Shown one piece after another: positions 1 through 9,909 of a stretch of 47,129 nucleotides of DNA (its first letter is position 1; every line of letters starts with the position of its first letter). The position numbers were made by a program, and so were the translations under genes. The notes beneath the pieces are model-generated. The model did not search any database. It was given only the letters and a program-made list of their open reading frames with translations, and was not told the DNA's origin. The DNA comes from Patescibacteria group bacterium (GTDB lineage Bacteria > Patescibacteriota > Patescibacteriia > UBA10025 > JBIOWE01), in contig JBIOWE010000006.1 of NCBI GenBank assembly GCA_044868145.1, forward strand, positions 350,537-397,665, written 5' to 3'.

Positions 1-3000
1 CATACAGGGAATCCTCATAGACCCGCCTTCCGTCAAAACCGATCGTCGATATCCGCACTTCTCTGCCTCGTTCATCAACAAAGGTGGTTTGATCAGGAAC
101 GCCGCTCGTCTTGTTTTGGATCCAATGCACCGCATTTCCAGGCCTATAGCTGCCTTCGGTTGTTGGTAGGCAAAAACTGGTCGCCGATGTCGTACCGTCA
201 GGTCGCGTTTCCATGACCTCCCTCCCAAATGTGTCGTACTTCCACGAGGTCACGAGAGCGGGCGTGTTCGGATCTGTGATCTTTATCACCTGACCAAACT
301 TTGGTTCAAATTCCGTGGCTGTCGTTTCACCCAGCGCATTCGTGATTGAACTGGGAAAACGGCCCTTGGTATTATTGTAGGCAATGTCCGTGGTTCGAGT
401 AGAGATAGGAGGAGTCCCCATACCGCTTATCTTAATCTGCCTCGCGTTCCCAAACTCATCATAGTTCAGGAACTCAGTCTTCAGAGTTCTGCCAGCTTGG
501 AGCATCTCCGTCGATGAGGTCAGAAGCCGTTTTGTCGTGTCAAAGACTCGATTTACGACCTTTGCCGGCACTGGGACTGGCTCAAATCGTTCAACCTTCG
601 TGGATGTAGGCAGTCCTAGCATCCACGTTGGTTCATTATTGAAATACGTGTTCGTGATAGTCTCCGCAATGACCGGGGCGCCAGGCCAGATGGTCTTTTG
701 CTCGATGACACTGTTGTATGCGTCGTAGAGGTAATTGATACGCGTATTGCTCAGTTCATCGCCGTCCAATTCGTACTGGATGTCGGTCTCTGATTCAAGT
801 TGTATTTTATGAGACGCGTTGCCTAAGCTTACGTCCCACTTCATGGTGTGCTCACTCAACACGCCGGACTGCTGCTGGGCGACTTGGGCTGAAGCCGAGG
901 CAGCGATATTCTGACTAACCGTTCTGCTTTTGATATGGCAGATCAGCGGATAGGTCTGTTCGTATTCTACGGTCTCGGTCGTGAGGGTTTGCGGATCATT
1001 GATGACGATCTTCGAGAACCCAAGGAAGCCATAGCTTCGATGCGATTTGGCGCCATAGTACGTGTAGTCCTGCTTGTACATGCCGCCAATACCGTTTGAG
1101 GTTCGATGCTCGGAGACAACGTACAAAGGACCTCTGAAATTAAACGTCTCACTATCGAGTCCTGCAGCTCGCGTGGGGTCAGGGTACACAGCGTCATCAG
1201 AGATTGGCTTGTATTCAAACTCGTCCTTTTTCCCAAATCCGTCGGTTATCCGAGTCATTTGATCGGGGAACGGGTAGCTGCTGCTCAATGTGACATGCAG
1301 CTGACCAGCATAAGAGGCGGCGGCAAACTGAAGTACATCAACCCGGCCATCACCATCAAAGTCTCCGAGCGCATCTTCGTCAACAATTCCGAATCCTCCA
1401 CCCCAATACTGAGCGGATGGCGCAAATCCCGGGTTGACCTCCTCTCGCAACCTCGATCCATCCGACAACCATAAGTGAGCATTATGGTTTTTATACACGT
1501 CGAAGATCATCACGTCAGTTGTTCCATCGCCATTGAAATCACCCAGTCTGGGAAGAAACGTGATATTACTCCCTTCCGCGTACTGTTTATGACCGGTCAC
1601 GTTCTTCTCTCCAAGCGCAAATGGTGCGATATGCAAGTCCTTTTCTGACCGAAACTCCTTGTAAAATGAAGGTGCGAGGGTGAATGTCTGACCGGTCGAG
1701 AGGTATACATCGAAAGAACTGTCATACACCGCGACGTCTTCCCACTCATCGTCTGTACCATACTTCCCATCACCGTCGGTATCATTGACTTGATATTGGT
1801 TGCTGAAAGCCGCAAAAACTCCCAGATCCATTTTCCCGTCACCGTTGAAATCGCCGGGTAGGATTGCCGCGGGAACATCCTTGCTATGCCGATCAAAAAT
1901 ATGTTGAAAATCATAAACTACTGGGTCATCATCTGGATCACTTGGATCATTATCTACCCAATCATTACCAGCTTTATTCGTAAACCAAATCGTGGCCTTA
2001 TTATTATATGGAAAAGTATCGGACTGGCTCAATACGACGATATCAGCTTTATTATCGCCATTGACATCACCCAAGACAACATCATCGAGCGGATGGTCAT
2101 TGTTCCCGCAGTCAATATTTAACGTGTTACAAAAACCCCAGTCACCCTGCTCTTCAAATGTCGTTCCCGTCGACAGGTTAATGGCACCATGTTTATCTGC
2201 CGAGAACACTTGAATATCCGATTTCCCATCACCGTTAAAATCAGCAAGCGCACTGCGGCCAATTACTTTTTCATTTCGACCTATATCCTGCAGATTCAGC
2301 GCAGGTTCGAAGGTAAAGTCATCCACGCCGTTTGACAGGTATACATACGCATCTGAAGCTGTGAAGCCGTTCTTCTCTTCAAAGGCCACGACGTCCATTA
2401 ACCCATCGCCATTAAAATCAGCCAGCTTTGATTCATCGGGCTCAACCTCATCGTCAGCAGTGAATTGACGCACCGATTTCGTGTCCCATGAGTCTTGTCG
2501 GTCGAATTCGTTTTTGCCACTGGAAAGCTTTTTTGAAAGCCAAACGTATTCACTAGGGTCTATCTTTTTTGCAAAACCCGTGATATCAGTTCTGCCGTCG
2601 CCATTCGCATCTCCGAGCTTACCTTTTGGAACATTATAATCAAAGGTAAACCAGTCGCTAATATATTTGACAAGTGCGGCTAAGATATAAGAGATAGCTC
2701 CAGTGAGCGGGTTAATCGCAAATGATGCAACTATGTTTATGGCTGCCCAAGAACTCATGAGCAGTGACCCTGTGTCCGTAGCCCCCGCTATGCCACTCAC
2801 GCTCGCCACGAAGGCATCTTGATAGATTGGCGTACGCGTTTTCATGAAACTGCCGTACGGATCTCCGAAATTGGGCTCCCTACCTCCAAATACGTCGTCG
2901 AGGAGCTTGGCATTCCAAAGTGTTCCCCCGTTCCAACCACTATCCGTCTTGCCAGCGAGGTTGCTGACTCCCTGATCCGACCACGTCATCGTGGTCGCGG

Positions 3001-4057
3001 GTAAGCACGTGCCGTCACCTGGGCACTTTTGGACAGAGCTAAGCTGAGAACGCTTGGTTGCGGGGCTTTGTTGATACTTCAGGATATACTTGGTGGCCAC
3101 GTAAGTAGGATTACAATCGAAAACCAAACACGTTGTAATCTCAGTAAGCCTTTTTGTCACTGTGACCACTGACCCGCCCTGGTAAAATGGCGCAACATCG
3201 TCCAGAGGCCGAGGCTCGTATGAAAATCTCACAAGATTATATGGGAAAGTCTCTGTGACGGTGCTGGCATTCCCGGTATAGGCAATAAAATTTGGCCTAT
3301 ACTCGCCAGTTCCCGCATCTTCGACATAGAAATACACAATATAATTTCCGACTCGGTTCGTGAGTTTGTTCGCGGCCCATACCCGGACTTCGGTGCTCCC
3401 CTGCGCCTCGATCTTACTATCGGCGGTTTTCCCATACTCCGTGATCAACCCTGACTTGGCTTCCGCCGTAAAATAATCAGCCCCACTCAGCGTAGTGCCG
3501 TATGAAAAGACCCGAGTAAACGTATCGGGCTCGGTCCGATATTCCTGAACCGCGCCACCAAATGGAGCTTTGGGTATTAAGCGCTGGCCATCCAGGCAGA
3601 ACTTATCGTTCTTATCATAGTTAATACCGCCTTTGTAACCGTCGAGCGCCATGTTTGCCGCGCAACGCGTAATTGCCGAAAGCCCATTAATACTCCATCC
3701 CATGCCCACAAGGCCATTACCCGCTTGGCTACTGTAGGTAAGCGAAAGCGCCGGCTGCATATCCGCGCTGCCGGGTGGAACTTCAATTGGAATTTCATAT
3801 GTACCTGCGCCTGTGCAGGTGACGCCTGCTTGGCCTGGGAGCGAACCTGCTGCGCAGGGAACGGGTGGAGGTGGCCTCGGAGGAAGACAGTCGGAGCCTG
3901 ATAAAGCGCCTTGCAAGGCGGTGGATCCACCCTGTACCGCCATCAAGTCTGGTGGACATTCTCTTGCGCGGGCCTGCGCCTCTGGAGCTTGAATTGAAGA
4001 AGGAACGAGCGTTATGATCAAAAAAGTCGCCAATACAAAACAATTGGCAACTTTCAT
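1..4057 (-). CDS. Secreted Tc-toxin TcB/TcC-like polymorphic toxin precursor (SpvB-like domain, FG-GAP/VCBS propeller, TcdB-middle-like region, first RHS/YD repeats). The 5' end is complete and the 3' end runs off the window.
   Basis: Hand translation from ATG 4057, with GGAGGG upstream. N-terminus is MKVANCFVLATFLIITLVPSSIQA (signal peptide), followed by GNGLVGMGWSINGLSAITRC..DKFCLDGQRL (SpvB/TcaC-type). There are about 8 GDxNGDGxxD repeats, then YDEFGN and YDTFGRE motifs. No listed minus-strand ORF shares this frame, and the frame stays open to position 1. Confidence 0.8.
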   Translation of the reverse strand, partial: MKVANCFVLATFLIITLVPSSIQAPEAQARARECPPDLMAVQGGSTALQGALSGSDCLPPRPPPPVPCAAGSLPGQAGVTCTGAGTYEIPIEVPPGSADMQPALSLTYSSQAGNGLVGMGWSINGLSAITRCAANMALDGYKGGINYDKNDKFCLDGQRLIPKAPFGGAVQEYRTEPDTFTRVFSYGTTLSGADYFTAEAKSGLITEYGKTADSKIEAQGSTEVRVWAANKLTNRVGNYIVYFYVEDAGTGEYRPNFIAYTGNASTVTETFPYNLVRFSYEPRPLDDVAPFYQGGSVVTVTKRLTEITTCLVFDCNPTYVATKYILKYQQSPATKRSQLSSVQKCPGDGTCLPATTMTWSDQGVSNLAGKTDSGWNGGTLWNAKLLDDVFGGREPNFGDPYGSFMKTRTPIYQDAFVASVSGIAGATDTGSLLMSSWAAINIVASFAINPLTGAISYILAALVKYISDWFTFDYNVPKGKLGDANGDGRTDITGFAKKIDPSEYVWLSKKLSSGKNEFDRQDSWDTKSVRQFTADDEVEPDESKLADFNGDGLMDVVAFEEKNGFTASDAYVYLSNGVDDFTFEPALNLQDIGRNEKVIGRSALADFNGDGKSDIQVFSADKHGAINLSTGTTFEEQGDWGFCNTLNIDCGNNDHPLDDVVLGDVNGDNKADIVVLSQSDTFPYNNKATIWFTNKAGNDWVDNDPSDPDDDPVVYDFQHIFDRHSKDVPAAILPGDFNGDGKMDLGVFAAFSNQYQVNDTDGDGKYGTDDEWEDVAVYDSSFDVYLSTGQTFTLAPSFYKEFRSEKDLHIAPFALGEKNVTGHKQYAEGSNITFLPRLGDFNGDGTTDVMIFDVYKNHNAHLWLSDGSRLREEVNPGFAPSAQYWGGGFGIVDEDALGDFDGDGRVDVLQFAAASYAGQLHVTLSSSYPFPDQMTRITDGFGKKDEFEYKPISDDAVYPDPTRAAGLDSETFNFRGPLYVVSEHRTSNGIGGMYKQDYTYYGAKSHRSYGFLGFSKIVINDPQTLTTETVEYEQTYPLICHIKSRTVSQNIAASASAQVAQQQSGVLSEHTMKWDVSLGNASHKIQLESETDIQYELDGDELSNTRINYLYDAYNSVIEQKTIWPGAPVIAETITNTYFNNEPTWMLGLPTSTKVERFEPVPVPAKVVNRVFDTTKRLLTSSTEMLQAGRTLKTEFLNYDEFGNARQIKISGMGTPPISTRTTDIAYNNTKGRFPSSITNALGETTATEFEPKFGQVIKITDPNTPALVTSWKYDTFGREVMETRPDGTTSATSFCLPTTEGSYRPGNAVHWIQNKTSGVPDQTTFVDERGREVRISTIGFDGRRVYEDSLY

Positions 4058-4188
4058 CAGTGCCCTCCGGCGCTTGTAACGAAACAACATGGCCTAAGCG
4101 TACACCCTGCAGACCTATAAAACAAGAAATCTGTCAAGCGCTTTTCACGAAAGAGAAAAATACCTAAGCAAAACCCCTTCTCGATTGC

Positions 4189-4944
4189 CTACTGACCCGT
4201 ATTCGTATTGTTGTTCGTATTACTATTCGCAATCAAATTCAGCTTCGCGGACTCAATTTGGCTGTTGCGCCCAAGTGTGACTACCCATTGCTGCTCCGTG
4301 CCAAGCGGCACTTGAACCTGGAGCTGTCGAAGCGTTGGAAAGCTGAAGGAATCCGAGTATAAAACCGTTTCCTGCGAATTCACTGTTTGAATGTCCGGGC
4401 CTTCAATAAAGAGCGGGATGTAACCGAGTTTATTGTCAATCAAAATCGCTAATGCGTCCTGAATAGTTACGCGTTCGCGAAACTTGAGCACGATCTGGCC
4501 TTCGATATATTGACCCAGTGTCGGGTCACTGATCGTCGCCGGCTTGGGAAGTAAGTTCTCCCTGATATCATTCTTAAACAATTTTCCAGTCGTATTGGGT
4601 TTGTAACCGTAAAAAAGTTCAAGCGAGTCCATGTTGCCGTCCTGATCCGTGTCTTTTGAGGTAACGAGCGCGCGATACGCCGGTTCATACGCATCCGCGA
4701 GACCGTCCTGGTCAGCGTCTACGACGGTGCCAGCTGTATTGGTATTTTGATTGGCGTTTGACGAGACATTCGCATTACCGACTGCATTGCTATTCGAGAC
4801 GTTTGTATTAGTGTTCGTGGCTGGCTTGCCCAGAAGAACCGTAAAAACAAACACAAGGCCGACAAACAGGAGGATAACGCCAAAAATAATCAAAAGAACT
4901 TTGACGATTGATGCTCCTTGGCGATGAGAAAAAATCTGTATCAT
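4189..4944 (-). CDS. Membrane-anchored protein with Asn-rich linkers and two DxDxDG Ca-binding (thrombospondin-3/dockerin-like) motifs
   Basis: 251-aa ORF with one N-terminal TM helix (VKVLLIIFGVILLFVGLVFVF). It carries DADQDGLAD and DTDQDGNMD motifs. Its ATGA start overlaps the stop of the upstream kinase gene (4941-4944). Confidence 0.6.
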   Translation of the reverse strand: MIQIFSHRQGASIVKVLLIIFGVILLFVGLVFVFTVLLGKPATNTNTNVSNSNAVGNANVSSNANQNTNTAGTVVDADQDGLADAYEPAYRALVTSKDTDQDGNMDSLELFYGYKPNTTGKLFKNDIRENLLPKPATISDPTLGQYIEGQIVLKFRERVTIQDALAILIDNKLGYIPLFIEGPDIQTVNSQETVLYSDSFSFPTLRQLQVQVPLGTEQQWVVTLGRNSQIESAKLNLIANSNTNNNTNTGQ

Positions 4945-7736
4945 GAGCTTGGTAACTCCTTGCTAGGTCGCAACGGAAGCGTGAAGAGGAACGTGCTCCC
5001 CTTTCCCTTGCCTTTGCTTTCGACCCAAATCTTGCCGCCATGCGCCTCGGTGACACGACGCGCGACATAGAGCCCAAGTCCAGATCCGTCTGGATGGATT
5101 TGCGCGATGCCGAACCCGCGCACAAACTTATTAAACAGTTCTTTCGCGTCTTGCGGGGCGATGCCGATTCCCGAGTCTTGCACGGAAATGCGCAAGTCGT
5201 TTTTCTTTTGTTCAACGGAAACGGTCACAGACCCGGCATCCGTGTATTTAATCGCGTTATCAATAAGGTTGGTGAGCACGTCGCCGACTTTGTCTTGGTC
5301 CATCGCAACGACGGGCATGGGCTCTTTCGGCCGTTCAAACGACAATTTCAATTTTTTATCGTCCGCGATTTTCTTCACGACGGAAACCACCTTGTCAATC
5401 AACTCTTCGATGTGCGTGGGCTGCTTGGTTAGTATCAGCTTGCCCGATTCAATTTTCGACACATTCAAGAACAGGTTGATCAGCCGAATCATGCGTTGCG
5501 ATTCTTCAAGAAGGTTCTTCAAAATAGGCGTCAGCTCTTTTGGGGTTTTGCCAAAATCACCTTGCACCATCATGGACAGATATCCCATGATGCCGGTCAT
5601 GGGTGTGCGCAATTGGTGGGACGCGATGGAAACGAATTCGCTCTTCGCTTGATCAAGTTGCTTTAAGTGTTCGTTCGCCACGGCGAGATCTTTGTTCGAC
5701 TCTTGAACTTGGCGATACAGCTCAATGTTCCGCGCCACGATGCCTGTCTGATCCGCGAGCGCTTTCATTATATTCAAATCGGCTTCTTTTATTTCGGATT
5801 GTGGCGTTTCAATCCCGTACACGATTGCGCCAACGACTTCTTTCTCGGAAGAAATAGGCACTGCTACCAGCGTTTTGATGCCTCCGAGTTTTTGAATCGC
5901 TTTCAGCGCGATAGAAGGAACCGGCGGCGAGAAAAACTTGTCCAAGTGTTCGCCGATAAGCACCTTGTTCGTCTTCATGGCCCGGTTCGTGATTGTGTCG
6001 TCATGGATGTAATCTCCATAATAATCCCATAACGGTTTAGGCAAAAGCTTCAATATCTTTCCAATCAACGGCGAATTGGTAATCGCTTCCGGGAACACCT
6101 TGCGACGATCTTTCCCGAGAAAAAGCAAAATGCCGCCAATATAGCCGAGTTCAATCGACACGCTGTCCACGATGCTCTGGGCAACTTTCTTGAAGTCCAG
6201 AGTGCGCGTGATCATGTTCGTCACGTTCTGCAGCGCGGAGAGGAATCGGTTTCGTTCCTGCAACTGGACGTTCGTATTGCGCACATCCTCGGTCGCAACC
6301 TTAATCTCCTTTTTCAAACGTTCCGTGAACTGCTTCACTTCGTCGTACAGACGCGACTTGTCTAAAGCGGACGCGAGCTGCGGGCCCAAGAGTTGCAACA
6401 AGTTCAGATCCTCGCTTCCGTACGGATCGCCGGAAAGCTTGGGGCCTAAGACGAACACCGCGTTCATGGTAGTGCCCGTAACCACGGGGCTGACCACTGC
6501 CGCATCCATAGTGTCGAGTTCCGCTTTTGAACGCTCAAGCGGTTTGCGCATTGCTTCATCCGGCGTATCTTCGATTTTACGTTCCAGCGCTTCAAGAACA
6601 ATAATATCGCGCGACTTGTTTAAGTACTCAACGAGCGAACTGGTCTGGGCGAGTTTGTCTTTTCCAAGGTGTTGGCCAACGGGCGCGGGCCTGCGCAAAA
6701 ACGCGGCACCCGGTTTACTTGCGAGATACGTATGCACAAAACGCACCTTGAGCCGACTACCGACAATCTCTGATACAGACGAGAGCAAACGGTCAACATC
6801 AATTTCACGATTAATGACGTCAGTGATATCCGCCAGCAACTTATCATAATCCACCCGCGCCTTGAAGAAGAGCCGATCGGTCAGTCGTCCAATGAACCGC
6901 TTGAGCGGGTCCAGAATGAGAACGATAAATATGGCAACGGCGATGGCGATGAGAATTTGCGTTGTCGTGGATGACCCACTTGCTCTTGGAATCAAAAGTG
7001 CGACAACGACCACAAAGGCGGAAATCAACAAGACAAGCAGCGAGTACGAAATCGTGCGCAAAATAATGAGGCGGATGTCGAGGAAACGATGTCTCGTTAT
7101 CGCATAAGCGGTGAAAGAAACAAAAATTAATGCCGAAGGAGGACCAAAAATGCTTAGATATGAATAACCTATTACTGGTAAAACACCACTAAAAGAAATT
7201 GCAATAAAGGCCGTTAATGAAATCCCTATTAAAACAAATTTGAGCTGTTGGCGAGTGTTGCCGCGGGAGTTCCTGAATTTACGAGCTAAGTTTATTATAG
7301 TCAAGCCTAAATAGACCAAAAAATATATATTAAATAATAAATATATAGGTCCCGCAACAATCTCCCCTCCCCAATCATGATGAATACTGTCAATAATATT
7401 CAATGAAGTTTGAATGAAAGGGAGGAATAGGATCGTCGGTAGGAAGATTAATACTATTTTTAATTTCGATAACCTTCTTAGGCCGCCAGGAAAAATTATC
7501 GAAAAATATAGCATCAGTGGTAACATCAATAAAGGACCAAGGATAGTCATTCTAGCCCAAAAGAGTGAAGGTACTAATGTGTCAGCTATCAAGGCTGTAG
7601 CAATCCACAATGCAACAGAAAAAGTCATTGCCGAAAACACGCGATTGATTATGCGTTGAGGATTCCTAATGAATATAACTAAGGATATAACGATGAGAGC
7701 TAAAAGAGTCGGAATGTATGTAAAAAGATTGAGCAT
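4941..7736 (-). CDS. Sensor histidine kinase with an N-terminal multi-pass (about 7TM) sensor, GAF region, HisKA and HATPase_c
   Basis: 931-aa ORF. H-box is SHQLRTPMTGI, N-box NLIDNAIKYT, G-boxes DSGIGI and GSGLGL. The N-terminal 300 aa are hydrophobic and include YAITRHRFLDIRLIILR, a motif shared with the two 475-aa paralogues. Confidence 0.9.
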   Translation of the reverse strand: MLNLFTYIPTLLALIVISLVIFIRNPQRIINRVFSAMTFSVALWIATALIADTLVPSLFWARMTILGPLLMLPLMLYFSIIFPGGLRRLSKLKIVLIFLPTILFLPFIQTSLNIIDSIHHDWGGEIVAGPIYLLFNIYFLVYLGLTIINLARKFRNSRGNTRQQLKFVLIGISLTAFIAISFSGVLPVIGYSYLSIFGPPSALIFVSFTAYAITRHRFLDIRLIILRTISYSLLVLLISAFVVVVALLIPRASGSSTTTQILIAIAVAIFIVLILDPLKRFIGRLTDRLFFKARVDYDKLLADITDVINREIDVDRLLSSVSEIVGSRLKVRFVHTYLASKPGAAFLRRPAPVGQHLGKDKLAQTSSLVEYLNKSRDIIVLEALERKIEDTPDEAMRKPLERSKAELDTMDAAVVSPVVTGTTMNAVFVLGPKLSGDPYGSEDLNLLQLLGPQLASALDKSRLYDEVKQFTERLKKEIKVATEDVRNTNVQLQERNRFLSALQNVTNMITRTLDFKKVAQSIVDSVSIELGYIGGILLFLGKDRRKVFPEAITNSPLIGKILKLLPKPLWDYYGDYIHDDTITNRAMKTNKVLIGEHLDKFFSPPVPSIALKAIQKLGGIKTLVAVPISSEKEVVGAIVYGIETPQSEIKEADLNIMKALADQTGIVARNIELYRQVQESNKDLAVANEHLKQLDQAKSEFVSIASHQLRTPMTGIMGYLSMMVQGDFGKTPKELTPILKNLLEESQRMIRLINLFLNVSKIESGKLILTKQPTHIEELIDKVVSVVKKIADDKKLKLSFERPKEPMPVVAMDQDKVGDVLTNLIDNAIKYTDAGSVTVSVEQKKNDLRISVQDSGIGIAPQDAKELFNKFVRGFGIAQIHPDGSGLGLYVARRVTEAHGGKIWVESKGKGKGSTFLFTLPLRPSKELPSS

Positions 7737-7744
7737 GGGAATAG

Positions 7745-9028
7745 TTAAACTAGCAAATATTCGTCTGAATCAATTTGCGTTGCCGAAAAATTTGCTAGCC
7801 TTGTTAAAATTTCTGCTATGAACCTGCCGTTACTAAAAACGGATTTCCTCAAAACAATAGACAGCAGGGGCGCGGGGATAATATTGAGATCGCGACGAAA
7901 TCTTTTGCCGTTGAGCTTTTCACTCCAGTCTGCCAAAATTCTCAGGTCAACCCTTGACCCCTGATAATCTAAGAGGTCTTTGCTACCAGCTACAAAAAGA
8001 AATATATATCCAAATGCAGGTATTTCTTTTTCAACCAAGATGAGCTTAATATAGGCATCGGCTATGCGCCATGAGGGAGAAACCCACGATGCTCGATCAC
8101 TGTTTGCCTTGCCGATTACTATGTAAATTCCCTTAATTCTATTGGAATGATCTATGAGTAAATACTTATTGTAACCACTATCATCTAAATACCCCAAAAA
8201 GTCTAATTTGCTATATTCAAGCTTTTGTGGACTTAGTTGATTAACTTTCTGTAACCTCCGATGGTACAAAGCGTAGCACTCTTCCTTCTCAGAATCGGAA
8301 AAATTAGCCCTCCTTTCAATCCTGAATTTATGGCCAGCGAGCCTTCTCTTCATGGAAAAAATTAAATCTTCGCCGTTTTTTGAAGAAAAATATTCCCCCA
8401 ATAGGCCTAAAAGCCATTCAGCAACAGTCTTCCCGCGAATCTTTCTGACCCAGTGAATGAATACAAAAGTCTCTTGATCTAGATGTTTAATTAAATTACC
8501 ATCATCATTGTTCATACTGCTCACCGCAATAGTATCCAAGAAATGTAAATTTGACATTTTCGAAGAAAGCAACGAGTAGTTGATCACGAGTTTTATGGGA
8601 TACGCAAGGTGCAAAGATATTTTTTTCTTTAGAACCGCTAGAATGTCAATACAATTGTATTTCTTAAATCTAAAAAGATCGTTAGCAATAATACTTGAAA
8701 CAAACCCACCATTATCTCCAATCAAATAAACCGGGGTGGCGTGAAGGAATTGATCGCTTTTGAAGTATTCATGAGAATAATGAGATTCTGGATAGAGATC
8801 GAGATTCGCAGTTGCTACCCAAAAGCCTAAAAAATATTCACCATCGAATAATTTGATCTTAAAATATTCTTCATTATTGCAAATACTATAAAACTGCTCC
8901 CTGCTAAAGATCGACTTTGACTGAACGGAAAAGGTGTAAATCTTTAGAAAGTTTTGATAAAATTTCCAAAGAACTTCAAATTCACTCTCTGGTAACCTAG
9001 AAAAAAAATCTAGTTTGAAATTCGGCAT
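7745..9028 (-). CDS. Hypothetical protein with two similar halves (possible tandem GNAT/FemAB-like fold, unverified)
   Basis: 427-aa ORF with no competing frame, ending 8 nt upstream of the kinase start. Both halves open with an SE(F/K)E..(W/Y)..Y motif and end in a beta-rich segment. No catalytic motif was recognised. Confidence 0.55.
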   Translation of the reverse strand: MPNFKLDFFSRLPESEFEVLWKFYQNFLKIYTFSVQSKSIFSREQFYSICNNEEYFKIKLFDGEYFLGFWVATANLDLYPESHYSHEYFKSDQFLHATPVYLIGDNGGFVSSIIANDLFRFKKYNCIDILAVLKKKISLHLAYPIKLVINYSLLSSKMSNLHFLDTIAVSSMNNDDGNLIKHLDQETFVFIHWVRKIRGKTVAEWLLGLLGEYFSSKNGEDLIFSMKRRLAGHKFRIERRANFSDSEKEECYALYHRRLQKVNQLSPQKLEYSKLDFLGYLDDSGYNKYLLIDHSNRIKGIYIVIGKANSDRASWVSPSWRIADAYIKLILVEKEIPAFGYIFLFVAGSKDLLDYQGSRVDLRILADWSEKLNGKRFRRDLNIIPAPLLSIVLRKSVFSNGRFIAEILTRLANFSATQIDSDEYLLV

Positions 9029-9029
9029 T

Positions 9030-9689
9030 TTATTCGTTTCTCCACAAAGAAATCCAAATAAAATACAGAAGGTGCTGAGTCGCTAGCAGGTGGAAGCCGG
9101 CATGATCGGCCATTTTCGTTAACTGTGCCTTGCTAAAATATTGTGCATAGGGTTCATCAAATAATACATTCTTAAGAAGCATATTCCAAAACTTCCTCGC
9201 AGGACCATCGCTAATAGGATCAAGTAACATAACCAACCCACCCTTTTTTGTTAGGCGATTCATCTTGAAAAGGACTCCACTTGGATCCTGATAATGATGG
9301 AACGAATTGAGGCAAAAAATGAGATCAAATTGATTATCGAGTTCAACACTTTCAATATCTGCCAAAATAAATTTTGTATTAGCACGCCCTACTTCCGGAG
9401 TTTTTCTCTCGGCAATATTAAGCATCTTCTGAGAGATATCTAGGCCAACCAAAGTAGCGCTCGGGAAAGAAGTCCCCAGTTTCGTTATTAAAGTTCCCGT
9501 ACCGCAACCAACGTCAAGAACGTTAATTTTTTGCAGGGGTTGAAAAAACCTTTTTGAAAGCCCCAAGGCAACATCCGCGCTTTTTATAAAATACCAGTTC
9601 CAGAATCCGGCTTCATCATAGTGATCAGCAAGACTGTCAAATTGTTTCTGAATTTTTCTTTGGATTTGATCTTTCTCGACTAAACTCAT
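9030..9689 (-). CDS. Class I SAM-dependent methyltransferase
   Basis: 219-aa ORF with motif I VLDVGCGTGTL and a downstream acidic loop (LVGLDIS). It ends 1 nt before the next gene start. Confidence 0.85.
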   Translation of the reverse strand: MSLVEKDQIQRKIQKQFDSLADHYDEAGFWNWYFIKSADVALGLSKRFFQPLQKINVLDVGCGTGTLITKLGTSFPSATLVGLDISQKMLNIAERKTPEVGRANTKFILADIESVELDNQFDLIFCLNSFHHYQDPSGVLFKMNRLTKKGGLVMLLDPISDGPARKFWNMLLKNVLFDEPYAQYFSKAQLTKMADHAGFHLLATQHLLYFIWISLWRNE

Positions 9690-9909
9690 TGTCAGTTATA
9701 GACGAATAAAAAACTAAAAAACCTCCTAATTGGAGTTAGGGGTGATTAAAATCTTCTCGCTGCAGAGGTTAATCATCTGATTATTTTTGTTTTATTTTTA
9801 CTCTTTTATTATATCACAAATCTTAAAAATTTGCAAATGTTTTTAGTTGGAGCGCAACAAGGAAAAGGCAGCTTGCGGCCGCCTTTTCCTTCTAGAAATT
9901 CGGGCTCAT

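Noticed and set aside
5040-7107. Multiple 80-225-aa plus-strand ORFs inside the histidine kinase gene. Similar antisense ORFs lie inside murF, ftsI, rsmH, mltG, pilB and the two edge genes.
   Set aside because: They are shadow ORFs antisense to, or out of frame with, strongly supported genes. They have no motifs and their residue composition is biased (Arg/Ser/Cys-rich).
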